From contig DASWCL010000292.1 in assembly GCA_036390135.1 (NCBI GenBank), positions 1 through 39,455 of the forward strand: a stretch of DNA of 39,455 nucleotides. The letters are read 5' to 3'. Shown one piece after another: positions 8,831 to 17,248 of this stretch. The notes under the pieces are model-generated. The model searched no databases, was not told the origin of the DNA, and saw nothing but the letters and a program-made list of their open reading frames with translations. Source of the stretch: Candidatus Binatia bacterium (lineage in GTDB: Bacteria > Desulfobacterota > Binatia > UBA9968). The position numbers were made by a program, and so were the translations under genes. The stretch's first letter is position 1. Every line of letters begins with the position of its first letter.

Positions 8831-9976
8831 TCACGCCACACCATAAAACTTAGCGGCATTATCCCAGATCAATTTTTGCTGAATTACCGGCGCGACGCCG
8901 GCGAATTGTGTGTCTACGACTTCGCACGAGCGCGGCCACGTGGAGCCGCCGTGCGGGTAGTCGCTCGCCCACATGTAATTGTCCGCCATGTTGAAAATAT
9001 CGGCGCCGAGCACGCCGATCCGATCTTCTTGGAAAGTGATAGAAACCTGACGCCGGATAACTTCGCTGGGAAGCAAAGCGACGGTCAGCGAATCCGGCGC
9101 TTCCGAGCGGGCACGCTGCAAGGTGCCGTCCATTTTACTCATGAACGGATGCAGCCAAGATAGATCGTATTCCGCGAGCACCACGCGGAGCTTAGGAAAA
9201 CGTTCCAGCACGCCACCGAAAACCAGATCGGTGAGCAGCTTCAACGGTTCCAAAATCGCGCGATTGACCGCGTTGCGCCCTTGTTGAAGCTTGGTTATTA
9301 CTTTCAGCCTGGCGGCCATTCGATCGCGACCCTGAACGATATTGACGTGATAGTGAATCGGAAAGTTCATGTCCTGAGCCAAAGTCCAGAGCGGATCGAA
9401 TTCAGGATCGGAGTAACTTATCCCTTCGGGCAAAGCCGACGGCAGCACGACACCTTTGTGGCCGCGTTTGGCGCAGCGCTTCATTTCTTCCAAAGACCAA
9501 TCGATATCGAGCGCCGAGAGCAGGCACAAACCGATCAGCCGATCCGGCGCCACCGCGCAGTAGTCGAGAAGCCAGTCGTTGTAGGCAATCAGACCGGCTT
9601 TTTGCAGCGGCGTTTCTTCGCCTTTAAGGCTGTAAAAGTTCCGCGCCATGCTGGGATAAAGCGCTTCCATCTTTACGCCGTCCAAATCCATGTCTCCCAA
9701 GCGCGCGTGAGCGTCCCAGGGCCCACGCCAATCTTCCCAAGTAAAGTTCTCGATGACTTTGCGAAAATTACCGCCGGTTTTTTCCTTTCCCGCCGTAAAA
9801 GTCATGCCGACCGGGTCCGGTTCATGGCCGTCGAAAACCATATAAAGACCCTTTTTGCCGGGCGGGTCCTGAACGAAACGCGGACCGTGCTCACGCAAAT
9901 TTTTTGGGATGCGCTCCCAGGCTTCTGGCGGTTCGTTTACGTGGGAATCGGCGGAGAACAATTTTGGTTCTTGCAT
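8831..9976 (-). CDS. Amidohydrolase_2 family metal-dependent hydrolase/decarboxylase (ACMSD-like)
   Basis: 381 aa. N-terminal FSADSHVNEP and C-terminal ASDYPHGGSTWP motifs are characteristic of PF04909-type enzymes. GGAG RBS. Confidence 0.85.
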   Translation of the reverse strand: MQEPKLFSADSHVNEPPEAWERIPKNLREHGPRFVQDPPGKKGLYMVFDGHEPDPVGMTFTAGKEKTGGNFRKVIENFTWEDWRGPWDAHARLGDMDLDGVKMEALYPSMARNFYSLKGEETPLQKAGLIAYNDWLLDYCAVAPDRLIGLCLLSALDIDWSLEEMKRCAKRGHKGVVLPSALPEGISYSDPEFDPLWTLAQDMNFPIHYHVNIVQGRDRMAARLKVITKLQQGRNAVNRAILEPLKLLTDLVFGGVLERFPKLRVVLAEYDLSWLHPFMSKMDGTLQRARSEAPDSLTVALLPSEVIRRQVSITFQEDRIGVLGADIFNMADNYMWASDYPHGGSTWPRSCEVVDTQFAGVAPVIQQKLIWDNAAKFYGVA

Positions 9977-10061
9977 TGGCGATCTCCTGGATAGTGACGA
10001 CGGCTATGGCTGTTGCCGCACAGGTCTTGTTTGTACCGAACGGGTCTTTCGTTTAGTCGGC

Positions 10062-11135
10062 TCAGCGCCTGCTGATGAACAGACGGCGCTTCAGACCTTC
10101 CCACTCTGCGAATTTTCTCTCCATGACTTCCGGAGGATACTTGCTCTCGATGTAAACTTTTTTGAACTTTTGGTCCGATGATGCCACGTCTTTGCGCGCC
10201 GAACTTAGCCCGCCTTTCAGAACCGCTTCCTGTCCCTCTTTGGAGTGGAGGTAATCGAGGAACAAAAGCGCCGCGTGCGGGTTGGGCGCTTTGGCCACCA
10301 TGCCGGAGGTGCCGGTGGTGGCGACTACCGGATCGATCGGCCGCCATTCCACCGGCGCGCCTTTTTGCTTGGCGACGGTAATGTTCGAATTGAAGATCGT
10401 CGGCGACAGCGGCACTTCGCCGGACGCGATCAGCTCGGCGAGGGCGGCACCGGAAATGTTCTGCACGTTCACATCTTGCTTGGCGATCTTTTCGAGAAAC
10501 TCGCGGCCGTAAGCTTCGACCACTGCGCCGATCCATTGCGTGCCGGTGGTCGTGCCAGCGATGGACATTTTACCTTTCCATTTCGCATCAAGCAGATCTT
10601 TCATCGTCTTTGGCGCTTCCGCGGGGGCAATGAGACTCGTGTTGAAGCCCAAGCTTATGTAAAGCTCGCGACTCGTCCAATGATATACGCCGCTCTTTCC
10701 GCTCACTTTGACGTTTTTATCGTAAGGCGCGAGCTCCGGCGAGAAAATTTCTTGAAACATATGGGTGGGGATCAAGAGCGCCATGTAGTCGGGGCTGGTT
10801 TCAACCACGTCGCCGATAAAACGTCCCGCCGCCGCCTCGTCGGTCAAGCGCTTGAGCAGCTCTTTTGAATCGCTGCGCCAGACGTCGGTCTTGATAAACG
10901 GATATTTCTTGCCGAACTCCTGCGACACGTAGCCCGCCATCCAGGTGTTCGACGTGTAAAAAGTGACATGCGCTTCTTTTTTCGCGCCCTCGAGCAGAAT
11001 CTGCTCGCGATCCTTGCCCTTATAAAGAGCAAGTTCGGCGACGGACATCGGCTTCGTTTGAGCCGCTAACGACCACGCAGGCGGCCAACTGAGAGTGACC
11101 AGCGCAACGAGTACAATTAAATGTCGGACCTGCAT
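10062..11135 (-). CDS. ABC transporter periplasmic substrate-binding protein, family 1, paralog 3
   Basis: Trimmed to the ATG at 11135 (AGGAG RBS; signal peptide MQVRHLIVLVALVTLSWPPAWSLAA). Same conserved blocks as 2498..3568 and 3597..4676. Confidence 0.85.
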   Translation of the reverse strand: MQVRHLIVLVALVTLSWPPAWSLAAQTKPMSVAELALYKGKDREQILLEGAKKEAHVTFYTSNTWMAGYVSQEFGKKYPFIKTDVWRSDSKELLKRLTDEAAAGRFIGDVVETSPDYMALLIPTHMFQEIFSPELAPYDKNVKVSGKSGVYHWTSRELYISLGFNTSLIAPAEAPKTMKDLLDAKWKGKMSIAGTTTGTQWIGAVVEAYGREFLEKIAKQDVNVQNISGAALAELIASGEVPLSPTIFNSNITVAKQKGAPVEWRPIDPVVATTGTSGMVAKAPNPHAALLFLDYLHSKEGQEAVLKGGLSSARKDVASSDQKFKKVYIESKYPPEVMERKFAEWEGLKRRLFISRR

Positions 11136-11157
11136 CGAAGAATCTCCTTGCCGCTGG

Positions 11158-12336
11158 TTAGTCGAAATAACCGTGCTTATGAGCCCAGAGCCAAAGATAA
11201 GCGATCTTCTCGTTGTAGAGTTCCGCATATCCCACATGACCATAGCGCGGAATGAGCACGACGTGCGCGCCGCGCGTGGTCGCGGCGTATTTAGCTCCCA
11301 TGAACATCTCGCGTTTGTCTTCTAAGCGTTCGCCGCGCACCCAATGGCCTTTGTCATTTTCGCCGGCGGTAAGCAGCACGCGAATGGTTTTCAACCAGTT
11401 TGGATCGGGTTCCTGCAAGTGATCGAAATATTCTTCGCGCGGCAAGCCGGTGCGCTTCGGATACTCTTCGAGAATACCGACGGCGGCATTATGCTGATTG
11501 TCGCATAGGCTGGTTTTCATCTGCGAGCGCAGCGGGCTGACTAAACGGATGTAGTCGTCGGCGCCGCCCCACGGTGTAAGATCCTCCGGGTCGACGTAAC
11601 CCGACTCTTTAAACGAGTCAGGCGAGCGCCGCGACACATGATCGATCGGCTTCTCGTTGTATTTCTCGGCGCCGGTTTTGTTGCGCCATTCTAGCCGCCA
11701 GCCGTCGGGACCGCCGCTGCCGAAGCCAACGATGCCGATGACTTTCGTCTTCTTGGAAAAGCGCGTGAGGTGTGCCGCCATCGGCCCGCCGGTGGAATGA
11801 CCGAAGGCGATGATGTCTCTTCCGGCAAAATGCTCATCGGCCAGCGCTGCAGCGCCCTGAAGAATGACGTTGAACGTGCATTTCAAATTGCGGTCCGAGA
11901 TTTCATCCAACGGCAGGTCGCGATCCTTGAGATAGATCGGATTGCGCTCGGCGACGGGTTGCTTCCAGACGCCGCCGAGTGGGTAATGTCCCGGATAAGT
12001 AAGCGCCAGCACTTTGAACCCCTGCGCAGCGAGCACGCGCGCTAATCCAGGCCGGCCGTCGGGCGTCAGATCCATGATCTTTTCGCTGCCTGCGCCGCCG
12101 TGAAAGAAAACAGAAGCCCGACGTGGGTCAGTTTCTTTTTCCGGCGCGTAGAGTGTGCCGTGCATGTCCCATTCATAACCATTGCGCTGATAACGGGTCC
12201 AGGCGTCGGCGGTGGTTATTTGAGTCGCGCTGTATGGCGCGTCCAACGCCAGCCATTCATCCCAGTTGAGTTTTAACAGCAACTCGCTCGATTTGAGTCC
12301 GGTGAGAAATTTTTCAATTGCGCTATTCATCGACAT
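11158..12336 (-). CDS. Alpha/beta-fold hydrolase
   Basis: 392 aa. Nucleophile elbow FGHSTGGPM (GxSxG), C-terminal His region (PRYGHVGY). AGGAG RBS upstream of the ATG at 12336. Confidence 0.7.
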   Translation of the reverse strand: MSMNSAIEKFLTGLKSSELLLKLNWDEWLALDAPYSATQITTADAWTRYQRNGYEWDMHGTLYAPEKETDPRRASVFFHGGAGSEKIMDLTPDGRPGLARVLAAQGFKVLALTYPGHYPLGGVWKQPVAERNPIYLKDRDLPLDEISDRNLKCTFNVILQGAAALADEHFAGRDIIAFGHSTGGPMAAHLTRFSKKTKVIGIVGFGSGGPDGWRLEWRNKTGAEKYNEKPIDHVSRRSPDSFKESGYVDPEDLTPWGGADDYIRLVSPLRSQMKTSLCDNQHNAAVGILEEYPKRTGLPREEYFDHLQEPDPNWLKTIRVLLTAGENDKGHWVRGERLEDKREMFMGAKYAATTRGAHVVLIPRYGHVGYAELYNEKIAYLWLWAHKHGYFD

Positions 12337-12349
12337 GCAACGATCTCCT

Positions 12350-13183
12350 TCAAGCTTTGGTTACGTAATGATCGAGATAATACTTGGCGATCTCGCCTTT
12401 GGTGGCAAACCAAACATCGGGGAAACTTTTGGCGTAGCGGATGCACTCTTCAAAAACGCCGATGATGTTCGGCCGCCCGCCGATGTGCGCGTGCACGAGA
12501 CAATCGATGAGCTTGGGCGCGCCGTTTTGGCCTTCGGCGTACAGGCAATCGAAGGCTGCCTTGAAGCTGTCGAAATAAATTCGCGCTGGATTCTTATGAG
12601 TGAACAAAAGACTCAAGTCGTTGGCGTAATCCAGCCGCGGCATGATGATGATTGGCTTGCCATTAACAATCCGATGCTGCGGGATATCGGGTCCCGGCAG
12701 GTCACCGGTCCAGAAAATACCTTCATCCACATAGTGGCCGAAACTATACTCATTGATTCGATGACCGGGACTGACCCAGCCCACCGGGCGCTTACCGGTC
12801 GCGGACGCGAGGGCGTCAAGAGTTCGCCGGATGAGTTTTTTTTCCGCCTCGGCATCCAATGACGATAGCGCGGTGTCGTTGACCCAGCCATGGCCGACGA
12901 TCTCATGACCGCCGGCATGAAGTTCCTTCAACGCATCGGGAAAGTCTTCGGCGATACGGCCATTGGTATCGATGGTGCCTTTGACTCCGTTACGGTTTAG
13001 CGCGTCCATGATGCGCCAGATGCCAGCCTTGCCGCCGTATTCGCCGTAGGCAAGCGACGCATAGTCGGGCTTGCCGTCTTCGCTGCGCCGATACTGGGAG
13101 GATTTATCGAACGCTTCGAAGGCGACAAAAAAGCTGACGGCGATCTTCGCGTCGTTAGGCCATTGGATTGGTTTGAGTCTCAT
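12350..13183 (-). CDS. Polysaccharide deacetylase family protein (divergent, PuuE-like)
   Basis: Trimmed to the ATG at 13183 (MRLKPIQWPNDAKIAVSFFVAFE), which avoids overlap with the upstream SBP. HEIVGHGW and the overall pattern resemble divergent NodB-fold deacetylases. Assignment is from memory only. Confidence 0.6.
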   Translation of the reverse strand: MRLKPIQWPNDAKIAVSFFVAFEAFDKSSQYRRSEDGKPDYASLAYGEYGGKAGIWRIMDALNRNGVKGTIDTNGRIAEDFPDALKELHAGGHEIVGHGWVNDTALSSLDAEAEKKLIRRTLDALASATGKRPVGWVSPGHRINEYSFGHYVDEGIFWTGDLPGPDIPQHRIVNGKPIIIMPRLDYANDLSLLFTHKNPARIYFDSFKAAFDCLYAEGQNGAPKLIDCLVHAHIGGRPNIIGVFEECIRYAKSFPDVWFATKGEIAKYYLDHYVTKA

Positions 13184-13196
13184 CGTTTTGACCTCT

Positions 13197-14222
13197 CTAG
13201 GATTTGGGCGCGCCAAAGATGCTGCGGAAAAGCTCGCTATATCTGTTAAAGTCATCGCCGGCGCCGATGTCGTCGATGACGTAATTTAGTTTGTCGATGC
13301 CTTGAGTCGTCGTTGGCACGCCACGCCGCGTTGGCACCCGTCCAAACGAGGCGATGATCTTTTGTCCTTCCTCGGACAGCGCGAAGTCGACAAATAATCT
13401 CGCCGCGTTGGGATGAGCCGCTTTGGCACCGACGCCGATGGGCTGGAACTTGGTAAAAACCGGATCCTGCGCGAGCCAATCCACCGGGGCGCTTTTACGT
13501 TTGGCGTCCTCGACGTTGTGCAAATAAGTATTCAGCACGAGCGGAAATTCGCCGGCGGCGAGCAGCCCGGTCAGAATGGTCAGGCCGGAGTAAAGCTTGA
13601 AGTCTTGGGCGCCGAGTTTTTTCATGTAAGCCAAGCCCTTTTCTTCGCCCATGCGCTTGAGCTTCCAGGAAAACCACTCGGGTTTGGAATGATCCATGCC
13701 GATCTTGGCTTTCCATCTAGGATTCAATAATTCATCGTCGGTCTTGGGAACTTCGTTGCGCTTTAACATGCGGGTGTTGTAGCCGATCACGTTGGGCATC
13801 ATGTAGACCGCCGCCCAATATCCGTCGGGATCGAAAAACGGCTTTTGGATATTTTTCACCTCCGGCGACGGATATTTCGCGAGCAGGTTTCGCTTTTTGA
13901 GAAAGTAAGCTTGGGTCTCGGCCGATTGAACCACATCGAAATCATACCGGCCGGCCTGTGCCTCCGTCATGATTTTGGTCAGCAAACGCTCCCCAACGGC
14001 GCGAAACATGGTCGGCTGGACGAAAGGATACTTGGCTTTAAAGGCGTCGTTGAGTTTCTGCGCCTGGTCGACGGTCATTGAGGTGTAAACGACGAGCGCG
14101 CTTTCTTTCTTGGCGCCGTCAATCAGCGCCTCATCGCTAGCTCGGAGCGGTGTGCCCGACAGCGCAAGAATCGCCGTCGCTACGAAAATTAATTTGCCGG
14201 CCAGAGTAATCATCTGCCTCAC
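13197..14222 (-). CDS. ABC transporter periplasmic substrate-binding protein (Fe3+-type, COG1840-like), distant relative of the three paralogs
   Basis: 341 aa with a signal peptide (LAGKLIFVATAILALSGTPLRA). GTG at 14222, or ATG at 14213 as an alternative start. AKYPFVQP and DPVFTKFQPIGVGAKAAHPNAARLFVDFALSEEGQ blocks. Confidence 0.8.
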   Translation of the reverse strand: MRQMITLAGKLIFVATAILALSGTPLRASDEALIDGAKKESALVVYTSMTVDQAQKLNDAFKAKYPFVQPTMFRAVGERLLTKIMTEAQAGRYDFDVVQSAETQAYFLKKRNLLAKYPSPEVKNIQKPFFDPDGYWAAVYMMPNVIGYNTRMLKRNEVPKTDDELLNPRWKAKIGMDHSKPEWFSWKLKRMGEEKGLAYMKKLGAQDFKLYSGLTILTGLLAAGEFPLVLNTYLHNVEDAKRKSAPVDWLAQDPVFTKFQPIGVGAKAAHPNAARLFVDFALSEEGQKIIASFGRVPTRRGVPTTTQGIDKLNYVIDDIGAGDDFNRYSELFRSIFGAPKS

Positions 14223-14240
14223 TGTGGGATTTAGGCAATT

Positions 14241-14268
14241 AGTATCAAGCAGCGGTGAAGAAGGTCAA
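14241..14268 (-). promoter_or_regulatory. Candidate sigma-70 promoter for the SBP-led gene array
   Basis: On the minus strand: TTGACC (14263-14268), a 16-nt spacer, then GATACT (14241-14246). Located in the 156-bp gap upstream of the 14222 start. Confidence 0.3.
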
Positions 14269-14378
14269 CCTAGCGCGGATAGAAAACGGGATGACGGGGC
14301 AGCGATTATGAATCGGTGGAAATGAGAATGTGATAGGGCCGAGGCACCCAGCCGTGAGTGCGATGATCGCTCGGAAAA

Positions 14379-15638
14379 TTAATTCGCCGGGCACTTGCCC
14401 GTCGTGAGGTGCGCTTCGAAATCGGCAGGGAAAAGCTTGATTGCGCTCTCGATCGGCGGGCCGGGCATGGCGATCAGATTACAAAAGCCTTTGCCCTTAT
14501 TGAAGGCGAGAATCTTACTGAACTGTTCCAGCATCGGCTGGCCGCCTTGTCCCGCCTGAACTTTTTTCAGCATCATGGTTAGCGTATTGGTCTCCATGCG
14601 GCAGGCCGGGCACTGACCGCAGGATTCCGTAGCGAAGAATTCCGAAATTTTTATTACTTCTTCGACGATACAGGTGCCTTCGGCGATGAACCGCATAACG
14701 CCGCACCCCAGCCCGGCGCCAGCGTCGCGCATTGAATTGTGATCCAACCGGGTGTCGATTTTTTCGGCTGGTAAAAACGCCGATGACGGCGCCGCCGGCA
14801 TGATCGCCTTGATCTTTTTATCGTCCTTCATGCCGCCGCCGCATTCTTCGATTAAATACCGTAGCGGCGTGCCGAAGGGCAGCTCATAAACGCCGGGGCG
14901 GTTGACGTCATCATTGAGCGAGAAAATCATCGTCCCGGTACTCTCGGCCGTACCAAATTTGCGGTACCAATCGGCGCCCTTTAACACGATCGGCGCGACG
15001 TTGGCTAAGGTCTCGACGTTATTGATCAATGTTGGTTTACCGAACAATCCGACCGTCACTGGAAATGGCGGCTTTTGCCGAGGCCAGGCCTTTTTGCCTT
15101 CGAGGACTTCAAGAACTGCAGTGTCCTCGCCGGCGACGTAGTTATGCGGGGCAGGAACGACTTCGATGTCCAGATTGAAACCGCCACCGAGAATATTTTC
15201 CCCGTAGTAGCCAGCACCTTTGGCTTCACTCAGGGCATCGTTGATGCTCTTTGTTGCGGCATCATACCGAGCATTGATGTAAAGATAAGCCTTGGTCGCG
15301 CCGATCGCGTAAGCGCCAAGGATGCTGCCTTCAAGCACCAGGTGAGGAAGATTCTCGAGAAGGACGCGGTCCTTTTTGCTGCCGGGCTCGTCTTCGCCGC
15401 CGTTCAATACCAGATAACGCGGCTGCTCCGGGGCTTCGCAGGTAAACTGCCATTTCTTTCCCGTCGGAAAGCCAGCACCGCCGCGACCACGGAGTCCCGC
15501 ATCTGCGACTCGCTGGATGAGCTCTTCGGGAGAAGCCTTAAGCGCTTTAGCTAACGCTTCATAGCCGCCGCGGGCGCGATACTCCTTCAACGCCTCTCTT
15601 CCCTCCGGGACACCGTGCGGGAAAAGGATACCGTCCAT
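14379..15638 (-). CDS. NuoF-like NAD(P)H-oxidising FMN/4Fe-4S flavoprotein (complex I 51-kDa subunit family)
   Basis: 419 aa. GLRGRGGAGFPTGKKW (FMN/NADH site), GEDTAVLE, ESCGQCPACR plus a distal GFCN Cys (N3-type 4Fe-4S). Start is 3 nt after the stop of the upstream ferredoxin gene. Confidence 0.9.
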   Translation of the reverse strand: MDGILFPHGVPEGREALKEYRARGGYEALAKALKASPEELIQRVADAGLRGRGGAGFPTGKKWQFTCEAPEQPRYLVLNGGEDEPGSKKDRVLLENLPHLVLEGSILGAYAIGATKAYLYINARYDAATKSINDALSEAKGAGYYGENILGGGFNLDIEVVPAPHNYVAGEDTAVLEVLEGKKAWPRQKPPFPVTVGLFGKPTLINNVETLANVAPIVLKGADWYRKFGTAESTGTMIFSLNDDVNRPGVYELPFGTPLRYLIEECGGGMKDDKKIKAIMPAAPSSAFLPAEKIDTRLDHNSMRDAGAGLGCGVMRFIAEGTCIVEEVIKISEFFATESCGQCPACRMETNTLTMMLKKVQAGQGGQPMLEQFSKILAFNKGKGFCNLIAMPGPPIESAIKLFPADFEAHLTTGKCPAN

Positions 15639-15641
15639 GGA

Positions 15642-15965
15642 TTAGAAGACCCCCGTGTCGAGAAGTTGGTAGATGAGTTCTTTCAGCGACGAATCGATGG
15701 TGTCCAACCGTTGGACATGGGGTCCGCCGGCAAGATGATCGATAATCTCGTCGAGGTCTTCGACCTTAACTTTTGCGTACCAGCTTTTCTCGGGATAGAG
15801 CACGATGTTTGGTCCTTCTTGGCAGGCGCCGAAGCACATATACGGTTTAACTTCGACATCGTTCAGCCCCTTGGCAGCAATTCTTTTCTCGAGCTCCGCC
15901 GTGAGTTGTTCCGAGCCGCGGGACTTGCAATCGATATTTTGACAAACTAGACAGACTCGACTCAC
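15642..15965 (-). CDS. Thioredoxin-like [2Fe-2S] ferredoxin (NuoE-like fold)
   Basis: 107 aa, GTG start with a strong AAGGAG RBS. Cys pattern C-x4-C (CQNIDC) ... C-x3-C (CFGAC), as in NuoE/HoxF-type 2Fe-2S domains. Confidence 0.8.
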   Translation of the reverse strand: MSRVCLVCQNIDCKSRGSEQLTAELEKRIAAKGLNDVEVKPYMCFGACQEGPNIVLYPEKSWYAKVKVEDLDEIIDHLAGGPHVQRLDTIDSSLKELIYQLLDTGVF

Positions 15966-16034
15966 TACTTTCTCCTTATTGCCGTACTTACTCGGCTATA
16001 AACGGAGTTGCAACAGGGCAGGCGTTTGGCCGGA

Positions 16035-17141
16035 TTAATTCAACTGTGTCTGTGCAACCCAGTCTTTACCTTCGATAATTTCAGCTAGCACCTTTTCGTC
16101 TTCCCCCGTCGGCAGAACTTCTTGCACATGTTTCTTATACGCTTCGGCAGTTAGCAATTCCCCCGTGACGCTGAAGGTCTTATCGACATGCTCACCGATG
16201 GAACGGTTGAACTTAAAATCGGGGGCATAGAGCTTCGGCTGTCCGTCGGGAACTAACTGATTGAGCTGACCGATGAGTTTGGCGCTCTCTGCCATATAGT
16301 GCGCCCGCGCCAAATCGTTGAGCTTGTCCTTCTCAGCGGGAACCGTCGCATCGTGCTCGTCGAATCGCCCCTTTAGTCCCCAGGTGTAAGCCCAGTGCGC
16401 GGAAGATGAGTGATCGGTTCCGAACAAGTCATAGGCGGTCGATAGCCACTTGTTAAAATATTTTTGCACGATGGGAATCGGGATTTTTCCGGCTCGGAGA
16501 ATGCGCGTCAGCCCCGTGTGGCCGGTAAACATATGAAAAAACTCTTCTTTCAACATAGCGGTTACACTCTCGGCTAAAGGCGCGAACGCCGAGTGGGATA
16601 GCATGGTTAGTTGATACTTACCGTCGCGATCGACAAATTCCGTGTAGGTAAAAAAGTCGAGCCAGTTATTAATCGGCGCATTGAACGAATCGAGCAGTCG
16701 ATCACCGCGAAAGGCACGGCGCTCCAAAAGCTTGCGTGCTTCCAATTTTCCTGAATCACCGAAATAATTAACCAGGAGATAGCACATCTGCCAACCATGG
16801 CGCATCTCCTCGCTATTGACTCGGGTGAGCGCTTGCCTGTCGTATTCGGTCGGGGCGGTATCGAGCAGGTTTTTTTGCTGTTCGACGGACGCAAACTCCG
16901 TATCACCTTGATAAACGATAAGATTCATCAAGGCATCGCGGATCGATTGGTTGGGAATTTGGGTCACTCGCTGCCACTTTGTTTGGCCTTTAAAATCACC
17001 AAATTCGATCTCGGGTGCGTGCAATTCGCCGAGCTTGGTTTCGAATTTATAGTTGCCCAGTAGCTGTGGGTCGTAACCGATGTCCTTTTGCCACTGGCGG
17101 AAGTATTCAATCCAATCGTCAAAGGTTGAAATCTTGATCAT
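16035..17141 (-). CDS. Diiron oxygenase of the PaaA/BoxB ferritin-like family (benzoyl-CoA 2,3-epoxidase subunit B-like)
   Basis: Trimmed to the ATG at 17141 (MIKISTFDDW; AAAGGAAA upstream). Motifs QGDTEFASVEQQ, NSEEMRHGW (ExxH), FVDRDGKYQ and LKEEFFHMF (ExxH) match my recollection of the six diiron ligand positions of BoxB. At 368 aa it is shorter than canonical BoxB. Confidence 0.75.
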   Translation of the reverse strand: MIKISTFDDWIEYFRQWQKDIGYDPQLLGNYKFETKLGELHAPEIEFGDFKGQTKWQRVTQIPNQSIRDALMNLIVYQGDTEFASVEQQKNLLDTAPTEYDRQALTRVNSEEMRHGWQMCYLLVNYFGDSGKLEARKLLERRAFRGDRLLDSFNAPINNWLDFFTYTEFVDRDGKYQLTMLSHSAFAPLAESVTAMLKEEFFHMFTGHTGLTRILRAGKIPIPIVQKYFNKWLSTAYDLFGTDHSSSAHWAYTWGLKGRFDEHDATVPAEKDKLNDLARAHYMAESAKLIGQLNQLVPDGQPKLYAPDFKFNRSIGEHVDKTFSVTGELLTAEAYKKHVQEVLPTGEDEKVLAEIIEGKDWVAQTQLN

Positions 17142-17156
17142 AGGGTTTCCTTTCAG

Positions 17157-17174
17157 TTCGAACGCTCGTTCGAA
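17157..17174. promoter_or_regulatory. Perfect 8+8 palindrome TTCGAACG-CT-CGTTCGAA; candidate operator
   Basis: Seen directly at 17157-17174, 16-33 nt upstream of the BoxB-like ATG and just downstream of a candidate -10 element. Confidence 0.45.
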
Positions 17175-17178
17175 TACT

Positions 17179-17207
17179 AATTTAACCCGTATGCCGTGCC
17201 AATTCAA
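17179..17207 (-). promoter_or_regulatory. Candidate sigma-70 promoter of the BoxB-like operon
   Basis: Minus strand: TTGAAT (17202-17207), a 17-nt spacer, then TAAATT (17179-17184). Lies in the 107-bp gap after the ptsP stop. Confidence 0.3.
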
Positions 17208-17248
17208 CCCCTATCAGCCTGCAGCCCCGCTTTGTGTCTTATGCCCGC

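Noticed and set aside
8528-9163. 211-aa plus-strand ORF, together with similar long antisense ORFs at 9281..9994, 10245..10868, 18593..19381, 33115..33738, 34312..35028 and 36391..37143
   Set aside because: Every one is embedded antisense, or out of frame, within genes that carry clear family motifs. They are interpreted as GC-driven shadow ORFs.
14360-14370. Short palindrome GCGATGATCGC after the NuoF-like stop (and GCAGCGCGCTGC at 22491..22502)
   Set aside because: Each is 11-12 bp with no loop, and such palindromes are expected by chance in GC-rich sequence. There is no supporting positional logic.
17190-17207. TGGCAC motif on the minus strand upstream of the BoxB-like gene as a second sigma-54 promoter
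   Set aside because: The -12 element is absent. The sequence reads TGGCAC-GGCAT-ACGG, with no TTGC/GC at the correct spacing.
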